Shown: piece after piece, positions 1-7,678 of the stretch | How the letters are laid out: each line of letters starts with the position of its first letter | Numbering within the stretch: the stretch's first letter is position 1 | Assembly (NCBI GenBank): GCA_040880145.1 | Contig: JBBDIZ010000021.1 | Coordinates: forward strand, 1-23,654 | Length of the DNA stretch: 23,654 nucleotides | From: Simkaniaceae bacterium | GTDB lineage: Bacteria > Chlamydiota > Chlamydiia > Chlamydiales > JAJFMI01 | Direction of reading: 5' to 3' | The notes under the pieces: model-generated | Database searches by the model: none | Told to the model about the DNA's origin: nothing | The model's input: the letters and a program-made list of their open reading frames with translations, nothing else | Made by a program: the position numbers and the translations under genes

Positions 1-25
1 TGCAATTGAAAAGGAGTTGAAGAGC

Positions 26-52
26 CTTTGCCATGACTTTTTAAGGACTTAC
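26..52 (+). repeat. 27-bp repeat, copy 1 of an inverted pair (partner at 23600-23626)
   Basis: CTTTGCCATGACTTTTTAAGGACTTAC matches the reverse complement of 23600-23626 (CTTTGCCATGACTTTTTAAGGGCTTAC) at 26 of 27 positions. Confidence 0.9.
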
Positions 53-93
53 CTTCTATTCACTCAGCTATTTCTCATAATAATCTTCCAAAA

Positions 94-987
94 GTGGAGG
101 ACATCCTTTCAAATCATATAATTGATGAAGAAAAACTAGAAGGTTACATTGTATATGCCTTAAATCAGGACAAGAAAGAAATAGCTAATACAATCTTTAA
201 TTCATACAAAGAGCTCTCCCCTCCTCCAGACAATGATCTACTCAAGATCACTATCCTAGTTATGTATCATGCCTTACTTGAGGAAGAGGGGGCCAATGAT
301 GCACAAATAGGCTTTCTCGAATCACCTTCTATTACTGATGAAATTTATAACATAGTTTTTTCAGTAATGATTTTAAATCGATTCGATCTTAATAAAAAAT
401 TTACACCTGATTTTATAACACAACACATAAATAGCGAACGCGTTGATCAAGAATCCTTTAAAAGTGGAATGTATTATCTCTTAAGAGCAAAAGAGTATGA
501 TCGATTTGAGGAATATCAAAACCACGAACTAGCGGATAATCACGTATATCTATGGTTGTTTCAGAAGGCTTCAGAAGAAGGAAAGATTGAAGCTCTAAAC
601 TACCTTCTTGATTTAGATCGCCTAAGTTATGATTCTCCTAACGAAAACACGCCACTTCATATTATTGCAGATAATAATAATCATGAAATCATCAAGCGCG
701 TTTTAGAATTGCAGAAGGATAATATTAACGCCCAAAATAATTTAGGGTATACTCCCTATGCACGTGCATGTGCAGTTGAAAACAAGGAGCTAATCTCTTT
801 ACTCTTACAACAACCGGGTCTGATTTCTAATACGAAAGACATTAACGGAAAATTTCCACATGAATATATCCCAGAAAATACCCCTCTTTACTCGCTAGCT
901 AAAATTCACTTTGATTCTAGTCAGGTCAAAAATGATCTCTTAGATCTTGTAGAAGATTGTTCTGAAAGTCGAGTGGCTCAATTTTAG
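94..987 (+). CDS. Ankyrin repeat protein, candidate effector
   Basis: 297-aa ORF with GTG start. The C-terminal half has ankyrin repeats (ENTPLHIIADNNNHEIIKRVL; NAQNNLGYTPYARACAVENKELISLLL; KDINGKFP). The N-terminal region is not recognised. The DNA is visibly AT-richer than the core genes. Confidence 0.8.
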   Translation: MEDILSNHIIDEEKLEGYIVYALNQDKKEIANTIFNSYKELSPPPDNDLLKITILVMYHALLEEEGANDAQIGFLESPSITDEIYNIVFSVMILNRFDLNKKFTPDFITQHINSERVDQESFKSGMYYLLRAKEYDRFEEYQNHELADNHVYLWLFQKASEEGKIEALNYLLDLDRLSYDSPNENTPLHIIADNNNHEIIKRVLELQKDNINAQNNLGYTPYARACAVENKELISLLLQQPGLISNTKDINGKFPHEYIPENTPLYSLAKIHFDSSQVKNDLLDLVEDCSESRVAQF

Positions 988-1337
988 TATAGGTCGACTT
1001 TCCAAATCAGACGATTGGTGATAAGGCCTGTAATCCAAATAATAAGACCTCCCCAAAAAGCTCCCCAGAATGAACTGATGTGAACGCCATAGGCGATCTC
1101 ACTTGCAAGCCAGAATGTGAAAGCATTTATTACTAGTGTAAAGAGGCCAAGCGTAATGATCGTAATAGGAAGGGTCAGAAACGTTAGAATGGGTCTGACA
1201 ACGGCATTTAATACACCTAGAATCAACCCAAAAAAGATAGTGTCCGTTAGGTCTTTGACTTCCAATCCCGGAAGGATATGCGCCACAAGAACAACAACGG
1301 CTGTCGTTATAAGTACTCGAATAAAGAGAAGTATCAT
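984..1337 (-). CDS. Phage holin family (4-TMS, YvlD-like) membrane protein
   Basis: 117 aa, four hydrophobic segments, with the family signature LGVLNAVVRPILTFLTLPITIITLGLFTLVINA and SFWGAFWG. Confidence 0.85.
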   Translation of the reverse strand: MILLFIRVLITTAVVVLVAHILPGLEVKDLTDTIFFGLILGVLNAVVRPILTFLTLPITIITLGLFTLVINAFTFWLASEIAYGVHISSFWGAFWGGLIIWITGLITNRLIWKVDLY

Positions 1338-1379
1338 AACTTTGTTTTTACATGTTTAAATGAAAATTTACAAGCATGA

Positions 1380-3317
1380 TCAGCTCTTTTTCTTATTGAG
1401 AATAACATTGATCAGCCCCCCGGAGATAACCGCCTCCTTTTCCCTCTCTGTAAGAGATAACTGGACGTGAAAGGTGGTCTTTTTGGTCAAATTTGCAACT
1501 TCTAAAGGGTGGTCGTTTTTAAGAGCACTGTGCAGGTCCTGGATCTTAAGTTCATCTTCTTGTGCGATTTGATCGTAGTCTTCGGGCTTTAGAAATATGA
1601 GGGGTAAAATACCAAAGTTAATCAGATTTTTGCGGTGGATTCTTGCGTAGGATTTTGCAATCACAGCTCTTAACCCTAAATAGCGAGGGGCTATCGCCGC
1701 ATGTTCTCGACTGGATCCCTGACCATAGTTTTTTCCGGCAATGAGAAAAAAGCCCTTTTCTTTATGCTTTTTTGTGCGCTCAAAGAAATTTTCTTCAATC
1801 TGCGCAAATGTAAAGCGGCTGATTTCAGGAATATTGCTTCTAAAGGGTAGCACTTTAGTTCCGGCTGGCAGGATTTCATCTGTCGAGATATTATCCCCCA
1901 TTTTCAGAAGGACTGTTCCTTTAATTTGATCGCTTAATGGGGGGAAGATCGGGAGTGGTTTAATATTGGGTCCCATAACAAGCTCAACTTTCTCCCCTTC
2001 TTTTGGCGGTGGGGTCAACGGCTCAACGGTGTCGATCAGTTCGGGTTCAACGAACTTCGGATAGGGCATATCGAGCGTTCTTGGATCGGTGATCTTGCCT
2101 GTTAGAGCAGAGGCTGCGGCCGTTTCCGGACTGCAGAGATAGACCAGATCTTCTTTCGTGCCGGAGCGCCCTAAAAAGTTTCTGGGGTTAGTCCTAAGAC
2201 TAATTTGGTTTGTTGCCGGCGCTTGTCCCATGCCAATGCAGCCATTGCATCCTGCTTGATGAATGCGCGCTCCCGACTTAATGAGCGAGGTTAAATAACC
2301 AAATCGCGCCATATTTTCTAAGCCAATCCTTGAGGCTGGATTGATGTCAAAGGAAAGCGAATCCTTCGTTTGTTTACCTTCTACTATAAGTGCTGCAATG
2401 GCAAAATCTCGCAATCCCGGATTGGCTGATGACCCAATCATACATTGGGAAACAGGGCGGTCTGCTACTTCGCTCACCGGGCACACATTATCAGGGCTGC
2501 TTGGACATGCAATGAGGGGAATCAATTTTGAAAGATCAATTTCTTCATATTCATCATAGGTCGCTCCCTCATCTGCCTTTATTTCAATCCAGTCCCCTTC
2601 CCTTCCTTGCTGCTTTAAAAAAGCTTTTGTAACTTCATCTGAGGGGAAAACAGAGGTTGTCGCGCCTAGCTCAGCTCCCATGTTTGTGATCACATGGCGG
2701 TCCATTGCGCTCAAATTCTTTAAGCCCGGTCCATAGTATTCAATGATTTTTCCAACGCCGCCAGAGACGCTATGTCGTCTCAACATTTCTAAAATTACAT
2801 CTTTTGCACTGACCCAGTCCGGAAGGTTGCCAATTACTTTTACGCCCATAATCTTAGGCATTTTTACATAATAGGGCTCCCCTGCAATCGCTAAAGCAAC
2901 TTCCAATCCGCCTGTACCGATTGCGAGCATCCCCAAACTTCCACCAGCCGGTGTATGGCTATCTGAACCAAGAAGCGTTTTACCGGGAATTCCAAGCCTT
3001 TCCATATGAACAGGATGTGAAACTCCATTGCCGGGTTTACTAAACCAAATGCCAAACTTCTGACAGGCTGAGTAAAGAAAAAGGTGATCATCAGGATTTT
3101 TAAAGTCTGTTTGTAGAATATTATGATCGACATATTGGCAGGATACTTCTGTCTTTGCTTTTGTAAGCCCCATTGCCTCCAGCTCAAGCATAACCATTGT
3201 GCCTGTTGCGTCTTGTGTTAGAGTTTGGTCGATTTTAAGGGCAATTTCTTCACCAACAATTGCTTTTCCAGATATAAGATGCTGATTGATCAGCTTTTGA
3301 GTTACATTTTCAGCCAC
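1380..3317 (-). CDS. Aconitate hydratase (short ~645-aa single-chain type)
   Basis: Motifs DQTLTQDATGTM, YVDHN, GSDSHT, NMGAELGA, GCNGCIG, NPRNF, GDNISTDEI and NYGQGSSREHAA. GTG start with a GGAGG ribosome-binding site. Confidence 0.92.
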   Translation of the reverse strand: MAENVTQKLINQHLISGKAIVGEEIALKIDQTLTQDATGTMVMLELEAMGLTKAKTEVSCQYVDHNILQTDFKNPDDHLFLYSACQKFGIWFSKPGNGVSHPVHMERLGIPGKTLLGSDSHTPAGGSLGMLAIGTGGLEVALAIAGEPYYVKMPKIMGVKVIGNLPDWVSAKDVILEMLRRHSVSGGVGKIIEYYGPGLKNLSAMDRHVITNMGAELGATTSVFPSDEVTKAFLKQQGREGDWIEIKADEGATYDEYEEIDLSKLIPLIACPSSPDNVCPVSEVADRPVSQCMIGSSANPGLRDFAIAALIVEGKQTKDSLSFDINPASRIGLENMARFGYLTSLIKSGARIHQAGCNGCIGMGQAPATNQISLRTNPRNFLGRSGTKEDLVYLCSPETAAASALTGKITDPRTLDMPYPKFVEPELIDTVEPLTPPPKEGEKVELVMGPNIKPLPIFPPLSDQIKGTVLLKMGDNISTDEILPAGTKVLPFRSNIPEISRFTFAQIEENFFERTKKHKEKGFFLIAGKNYGQGSSREHAAIAPRYLGLRAVIAKSYARIHRKNLINFGILPLIFLKPEDYDQIAQEDELKIQDLHSALKNDHPLEVANLTKKTTFHVQLSLTEREKEAVISGGLINVILNKKKS

Positions 3318-3344
3318 AAGTCCTCCACTAGAGACGTTGACCTT

Positions 3345-3374
3345 AGGATGACTGAATTAAAGCAATCTTGTCAA
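3345..3374 (-). promoter_or_regulatory. Putative sigma70/sigma66 promoter for the aconitase gene
   Basis: Minus-strand TTGACA (3374-3369), 18-nt spacer and CATCCT (3350-3345), upstream of the GGAGG RBS and GTG at 3317. Confidence 0.4.
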
Positions 3375-3387
3375 TAGGATAGAAGAA

Positions 3388-4230
3388 TCATAGATCTGAA
3401 GGAGCTAAGCGGTGTCTCCAATAATGGGGGCCGTAATCATAGGTGAGCTGCTCTCCTTTCTCGATCAGGCGGTTGGCATAGAGAATGATGTGGCAAATCC
3501 CATTTAAAATGAGCCATCTAGAGGTGCAATTCGGGTACTCGCTGTGATTAATGAGGCGAATAAGATTCCCTCTCTTTTCTGCATCGATCACAAAGGGGGT
3601 ATCAAAAGGACCATTCATATAACCAAAGATATAGGGATTGAATTTGTCTTTTCTTGAAGAGCGAAGCCTAACATAGCCGGTATACTCCCCAATAAATGAA
3701 AGCTCGGGTATGGGTTCAACTGCAAAAATTCCATATCCAATGAGTGCATCGACGTGTTGAATTTCTAAAGAGGGCAAACGTTCTTCTTGAAAAGCTCTTT
3801 CATATAGGGCTTTTGTCCAATTATTTTGTTTTTCAAAGGAAGGGTTTTTTAAAAGCTTTATAGCTTGCTTCTCTGATAAGTAGAGAATTGCGGGATCTTT
3901 AAAGTGAAGGGTTTTTAAATATGAAAAACCAAATCGTGTTTCTATTTGGGAAAGTGTAAGATTAAGTCGTTTGTTCGCCTTTTTGTTGAAGTATGTCAGG
4001 CTTTTATAGGGTTGAAATATCGATTCTATATTTAGATAGGCCGCCATTTGAGCGGCGCTCATTTTTGAAACGCTTTCTTTATCAAGGGAAATTTTTTCTT
4101 TCAGTCGAGAATAGACGTCTAATGAGTTTGAAAGAAGTGATAAATGTAAAAGATTATGACCTCCCCAATCCTGATAGGAAAGGTCATTTTTTTTTAGGGC
4201 TTTTTTGAGCCGATAGCGCCAAGGACGCAC
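3388..4230 (-). CDS. SET-domain protein-lysine methyltransferase (chlamydial NUE-like) with N-terminal ankyrin-like motifs
   Basis: SET motifs GYGIFA, FIGEYTG, RLINHSEYPN and EQLTYDYG. The ORF-track start at 4344 lies inside the upstream DASS gene; the in-frame GTG at 4230 is a more plausible start, but the exact start is uncertain. Confidence 0.88.
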   Translation of the reverse strand: MRPWRYRLKKALKKNDLSYQDWGGHNLLHLSLLSNSLDVYSRLKEKISLDKESVSKMSAAQMAAYLNIESIFQPYKSLTYFNKKANKRLNLTLSQIETRFGFSYLKTLHFKDPAILYLSEKQAIKLLKNPSFEKQNNWTKALYERAFQEERLPSLEIQHVDALIGYGIFAVEPIPELSFIGEYTGYVRLRSSRKDKFNPYIFGYMNGPFDTPFVIDAEKRGNLIRLINHSEYPNCTSRWLILNGICHIILYANRLIEKGEQLTYDYGPHYWRHRLAPSDL

Positions 4231-4250
4231 TATTTTAAGGAGTAGGTAGC

Positions 4251-5666
4251 CTAATAAAGGCCAATAAATTTCCACCAAACAGCTCCAAGTCCTCCCCAAA
4301 TTACAATGTTCATGACACTTAGTATGAAACCATTTCGCCACCACGTACTTATCGGAACATAGCCCGCTCCGAAGAAGATGGGGGCAGGTCCACAGCCATA
4401 ATGGGTGAGTCCCCCAAACAGGCTGCTAAAAAATCCAAGCGTGAGAGCTGCAAGCCCAGCCGGCGCTCCAAGGCCAACAGAGAGAATTAAAAAAGGCGGA
4501 TACATCGATCCAATATGAGCGACATTGCTTGCAAAAAAGTAGTGAGAGTAAAAGTATACAAGGGCAAGAACCAAAAATCCAAGGGCCCATTCTGTTCCTT
4601 GAAGATTGCCAACAACCCAGTTGCTAAACCAGCTGGTCAGCCCCAAACGGTTAAGATAGGTTGCCATCGTAATTAAGGTGGCAAACCAAATCAATATGTT
4701 CCAGGCACCCTTCTCCTTAATGATATCATCCCAGCTAATGACCTTGGTAATGAGTAAAACTGAAAGGCCGACAAGTGCTGCAACGGCCGCTGCCATTTTA
4801 ATGGTTGGTCCCAAAACCCAGAGGGTAATAAGAAGAACAAAGGTGATGAGCATCACAATTTCTTGAAAAGATACCGGACCCATCTCTTTGAGCTGCTTTT
4901 TTGCAAATGACTTAGCATCCGGTGTAGCTTTGACCTCGGGTGGATAAATTTTATAAATGATAAGCGGCATAATCGCTAGCGATATAAGACCCGGAACCGA
5001 TGAAGCAAGCGCCCACTTACCCCAAGTCAGATTCACGCCCACTTCTCGAGCAAGGTCTGCAACTAAAGGATTTCCGGCCATTGAGGTTAAAAACATCGCG
5101 CTTGTAATCACAGAGCCTTGGAAAGCTGTTGTCATTAGAAAAGCGCCAAGTTTTCTAGGATGTGCGTAAGGCTCTGATCCAAAGGCTTTAGAAAGGGAGG
5201 ATAAGACGGGAAAGATCACTCCGCCTGCCCGAGCCGTTAAGCTTGGAATTGCAGGGGCAAGCATTAGATCTGTTACCAGAATTCCATACCCCATTCCCAA
5301 GGTGCTTTTGCCAAGAATGCCCATGATTAAATAGGCTAATCTCGATCCAAGACCGGTTTTAATGAACCCTCTTGCAATAAAGAAAGCAAAAACGATCAAC
5401 CAAACGATATTGTTATTAAACCCTCCAAAGGCCTCATCGAAAGTCAGCGTGCGCGTGACATTCATCAACATCAATCCCAAAAAGGCAATGGCGCCCATCG
5501 GAAGAGGCTTTGTAATGACACCGGATATTGTAAATATAAAAATGGCAAGCAATTTCCAGGCTTCTTTAGAGATTCCTTCCGGTGTTGGTAAAAGATAAAC
5601 AGTCAATCCCAAGCAGACGCTTAGGAAGAAATAAAAGACGTTTTTAGAAAAAATCGATTTCAACAT
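4251..5666 (-). CDS. DASS family di/tricarboxylate transporter (anion permease; CitT/YbhI/plastid DiT1-like)
   Basis: Motifs WLIVFAFFIARGFIKTGLGSR, APAIPSLTARAGG, TSAMFLTSMAGNPL, HYFFASNVAH and LTHYGCGPAPIFFG. The ATG at 5666 is preceded by GGAGGA. Confidence 0.92.
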   Translation of the reverse strand: MLKSIFSKNVFYFFLSVCLGLTVYLLPTPEGISKEAWKLLAIFIFTISGVITKPLPMGAIAFLGLMLMNVTRTLTFDEAFGGFNNNIVWLIVFAFFIARGFIKTGLGSRLAYLIMGILGKSTLGMGYGILVTDLMLAPAIPSLTARAGGVIFPVLSSLSKAFGSEPYAHPRKLGAFLMTTAFQGSVITSAMFLTSMAGNPLVADLAREVGVNLTWGKWALASSVPGLISLAIMPLIIYKIYPPEVKATPDAKSFAKKQLKEMGPVSFQEIVMLITFVLLITLWVLGPTIKMAAAVAALVGLSVLLITKVISWDDIIKEKGAWNILIWFATLITMATYLNRLGLTSWFSNWVVGNLQGTEWALGFLVLALVYFYSHYFFASNVAHIGSMYPPFLILSVGLGAPAGLAALTLGFFSSLFGGLTHYGCGPAPIFFGAGYVPISTWWRNGFILSVMNIVIWGGLGAVWWKFIGLY

Positions 5667-5731
5667 GTTTCCTCCAGATATTTGGACGAGGGTTCTTCGG
5701 GGCAAAGAGGATAAGATAGCTTAAGCATCGA

Positions 5732-7261
5732 TTACCCTTCAATAATTTTTTCCTGTCTAATCAATTCAAATTTTCTAAAAAAACCTCTTGCTACAAAAAA
5801 TGAAAGAAAAGAAAGGCAGCCTAATATCATGCAAATGGATGCGAAAGAAACGGTTGTTCCGGAAATAAACAAACCATATGCCGCCTCGTTTTCAAGAGGC
5901 ATAGCAAGCCCATCGCCTAACCTGAGCCAAAGTCTATTGAGATTTACGCCATGGAACAAAGGATTTGCAAGTAGAGGGCGCTTAAAAACAGAGTAACTGA
6001 TGTTATTTAATAGCGTGCACATAATCGTCAATCCAAGGGCTCCGCCTGTATAGCGCATCGAGTTATAAAGCCCAATTGCTTCTCCATTTCGCACCCCTTT
6101 AAGAGTACTCAGTGTTGACGTTCCAAGAGGGGTCATAATCAATGAGGTCCCAGAGCCCATCATTAATAAAAAGATCCAAAAGCCCACGATATGAGGGTGA
6201 AGTGCAAAGTAAGCAAAACCAAAAAGAGCCGTTGTAATAAATAGATAACCTGTTAAGGCAGGTTGACGAGGCCCAAAATTATCAGAGAGATATCCGCTAA
6301 AGGGGCCGCAAAAAATCACCGGGGTCGTTTGAGCCATCATAGACAGCCCTGCTTCAATTGGAGATAAGTTAAGAGCCATTTGAAGAAATAAAGGCATGAG
6401 CACGCTTAAGACCATGATAAACCGTAAACTAAACAAGAGTAAAAGCCCTCTTAGAAAAAGGGGGCTTTTAAGAAGACTAATATTGATAAAAGGCTGGGAG
6501 GAAATGCGATTGGTCAGAGTAAGCAAAATAAAAAAAAGAAAGCTTAAGAGAAATAGAGTCATAATGCTTGGGCTTGTCCACCCCCATTCTCTTCCCTGCA
6601 TTAAGGCTAGTGTGAGCGTTCCAAGTGCAAAAGTTAAGGCAAAAAAACCCGGAAAATCAAATCGCTCCTTCCTTCCCTTGAACTTTGGAATAAACTTTAG
6701 TGCTAAAAATAGTCCGGCAAAGACGAATACAAATTGGAGTAAGAAAATAAATCTCCAAGAAAAACATTCCGCAAAAACCCCTCCGATAAAAGGACCAATC
6801 GAAACAAAAATCGAACTAATTCCCACCATCGTGCCAACAGCTCTTCCCCTCTCCTTTAGTGGAAAGATATCGTACAAAATGGCATAGGATGCAGGTCCCA
6901 TCATCGCTCCGCCAAGCCCTTGTACAAATCGAGCAAAAAGAAGAATCGATCCAGCTTGAGCACTAGCTGCAATAATGAGCCCGCCTCCAAAAACAATCAA
7001 CCCGAGGCAAAACAACTTGCGGTGGCCAAAAATATCAGAAAGCCGTCCTCCTGCAAATACCAAAGAGGCATTTACAAGCAAAAATGTATTCGCAACCCAC
7101 TGTGTCATTAAATTGGAAAAATGAAGTTGTTTTCGTATGGTCGGCAAGGCAACGGGAACTATCGAGATATCAAGTAAAAGAAGAGAAAGACAAGCTGTTA
7201 AAGCTAACAATATCATTAACTTTTGCCTCTTCTCAATGACCTCATTTCCATTTCCGGACAT
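5732..7261 (-). CDS. MFS DHA2 (EmrB/QacA-type, 14-TMS) efflux transporter
   Basis: Motifs LLDISIVPVALPTI, GGRLSDIFGHRK, ARFVQGLGGA, GPFIGG..SWRFIF and GYLSDNFGPR. The ATG at 7261 has a GGAG RBS; the ORF stays open upstream to a GTG at 7297. Confidence 0.9.
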   Translation of the reverse strand: MSGNGNEVIEKRQKLMILLALTACLSLLLLDISIVPVALPTIRKQLHFSNLMTQWVANTFLLVNASLVFAGGRLSDIFGHRKLFCLGLIVFGGGLIIAASAQAGSILLFARFVQGLGGAMMGPASYAILYDIFPLKERGRAVGTMVGISSIFVSIGPFIGGVFAECFSWRFIFLLQFVFVFAGLFLALKFIPKFKGRKERFDFPGFFALTFALGTLTLALMQGREWGWTSPSIMTLFLLSFLFFILLTLTNRISSQPFINISLLKSPLFLRGLLLLFSLRFIMVLSVLMPLFLQMALNLSPIEAGLSMMAQTTPVIFCGPFSGYLSDNFGPRQPALTGYLFITTALFGFAYFALHPHIVGFWIFLLMMGSGTSLIMTPLGTSTLSTLKGVRNGEAIGLYNSMRYTGGALGLTIMCTLLNNISYSVFKRPLLANPLFHGVNLNRLWLRLGDGLAMPLENEAAYGLFISGTTVSFASICMILGCLSFLSFFVARGFFRKFELIRQEKIIEG

Positions 7262-7380
7262 ATTTCTCTCCAAATTCACAAAACCTGTCTTTATCACACG
7301 ACTGAACCTTTTTTAAAAGTCAAAAAAATAATATATAAAGAATTTATTTTATATCATTGACATCGTTTTGAAGATATTAT

Positions 7381-7642
7381 GACTGCCCGCGGGAAAACCC
7401 ACCTCTTTAGGGGTGGGATGAGAGCGTCTTAAATTTTTGTTTCGTATTTTTGTTTTTTCCATAATCTGTTAAACTACATTCACCTTTTTAGGTCTACCAC
7501 GGGGCTCGTGGGATGTTAAGCCTTTGGAGACTGTGTAAGACTTCCCGTTCCTAATGGAACCGAAAGCTACGGTCTGAGAATTAGGAACCCTAAACGTAAG
7601 AATAGGGAATCCCACTTGCTTTAGCAGTTGGGAGGATGTCAA
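7381..7642 (+). mobile_element. Non-autonomous IS200/IS605-family element (PATE/MITE-like), lacking tnpA and tnpB
   Basis: Left end: target TTAT (7377-7380), AAAA (7394-7397), then hairpin CCCACCTC-TTTA-GGGGTGGG (7398-7417). Right end: GAAT (7607-7610), hairpin CCCACTTGC-TTTA-GCAGTTGGG (7611-7632) and terminal TCAA (7639-7642). The GAAT/TCAA pair is as in IS608 and ISDra2. There is no target duplication and no ORF. Confidence 0.88.
7437..7475 (+). promoter_or_regulatory. Putative internal promoter(s) of the element
   Basis: TTGTTT (7437-7442)-N17-CATAAT (7460-7465), plus an extended -10 TGtTAAACT (7467-7475), just upstream of the omegaRNA-like scaffold. Confidence 0.45.
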
Positions 7643-7660
7643 ATAATAGCTTTGATTATT
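7490..7660 (+). ncRNA. TnpB omegaRNA (reRNA)-like scaffold with 3' guide derived from the flank
   Basis: 5' hairpin CCACGG-GGC-TCGTGG; a long stem (GACTGT pairs with ACGGTC) enclosing GTTCC-TAAT-GGAAC; hairpin CCCTA..TAGGG; right-end hairpin, TCAA, then flank ATAATAGCTTTGATTATT. The 5' part translates as STTGLVGC*AFGDCVR, resembling the conserved C-terminal tail of TnpB genes that overlaps the omegaRNA. Boundaries are approximate. Confidence 0.7.
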
Positions 7661-7678
7661 AGCTTAGGAGTTCTTTAA

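Larger units (their letters stand above)
7357..7647 (+). promoter_or_regulatory. Consensus sigma70/sigma66 promoter of the chorismate mutase gene, split in its -10 box by the IS200/IS605-derived element
   Basis: TTGACA (7357-7362) and a 17-nt spacer (7363-7379) are followed by T (7380), the inserted element (7381-7642) and ATAAT (7643-7647). Joining the flanks gives TTGACA-N17-TATAAT. An AT-rich UP-like tract lies upstream and an AGGAG RBS lies at 7666-7670. Confidence 0.8.

Noticed and set aside
2..121. 3' end of an upstream gene (open frame AIEKELKSLCHDFLRT...) running through the 27-bp repeat
   Set aside because: Too short and truncated by the window edge to support as a CDS; no recognisable motif.
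984..1337. Prophage lysis module
   Set aside because: This 4-TMS holin-family protein is commonly chromosomal, and no endolysin or other phage genes are nearby.
6396..6887. 163-aa Lys-rich plus-strand ORF and other short ORFs nested in or antisense to the main genes
   Set aside because: These are shadows of hydrophobic or conserved genes on the opposite strand or in another frame, with no recognisable motifs.
7381..7642. Riboswitch, T-box or attenuator leader for the aromatic amino-acid genes
   Set aside because: No T-box motif, leader peptide or terminator/antiterminator is visible. IS200/IS605 end signatures and exact promoter reconstruction on removal explain the region better.
7643..7665. 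Second target of the omegaRNA guide elsewhere in the window
   Set aside because: By eye I found no convincing match to ATAATAGCTTTGATT next to a TTAT motif; a genome-wide search is needed.
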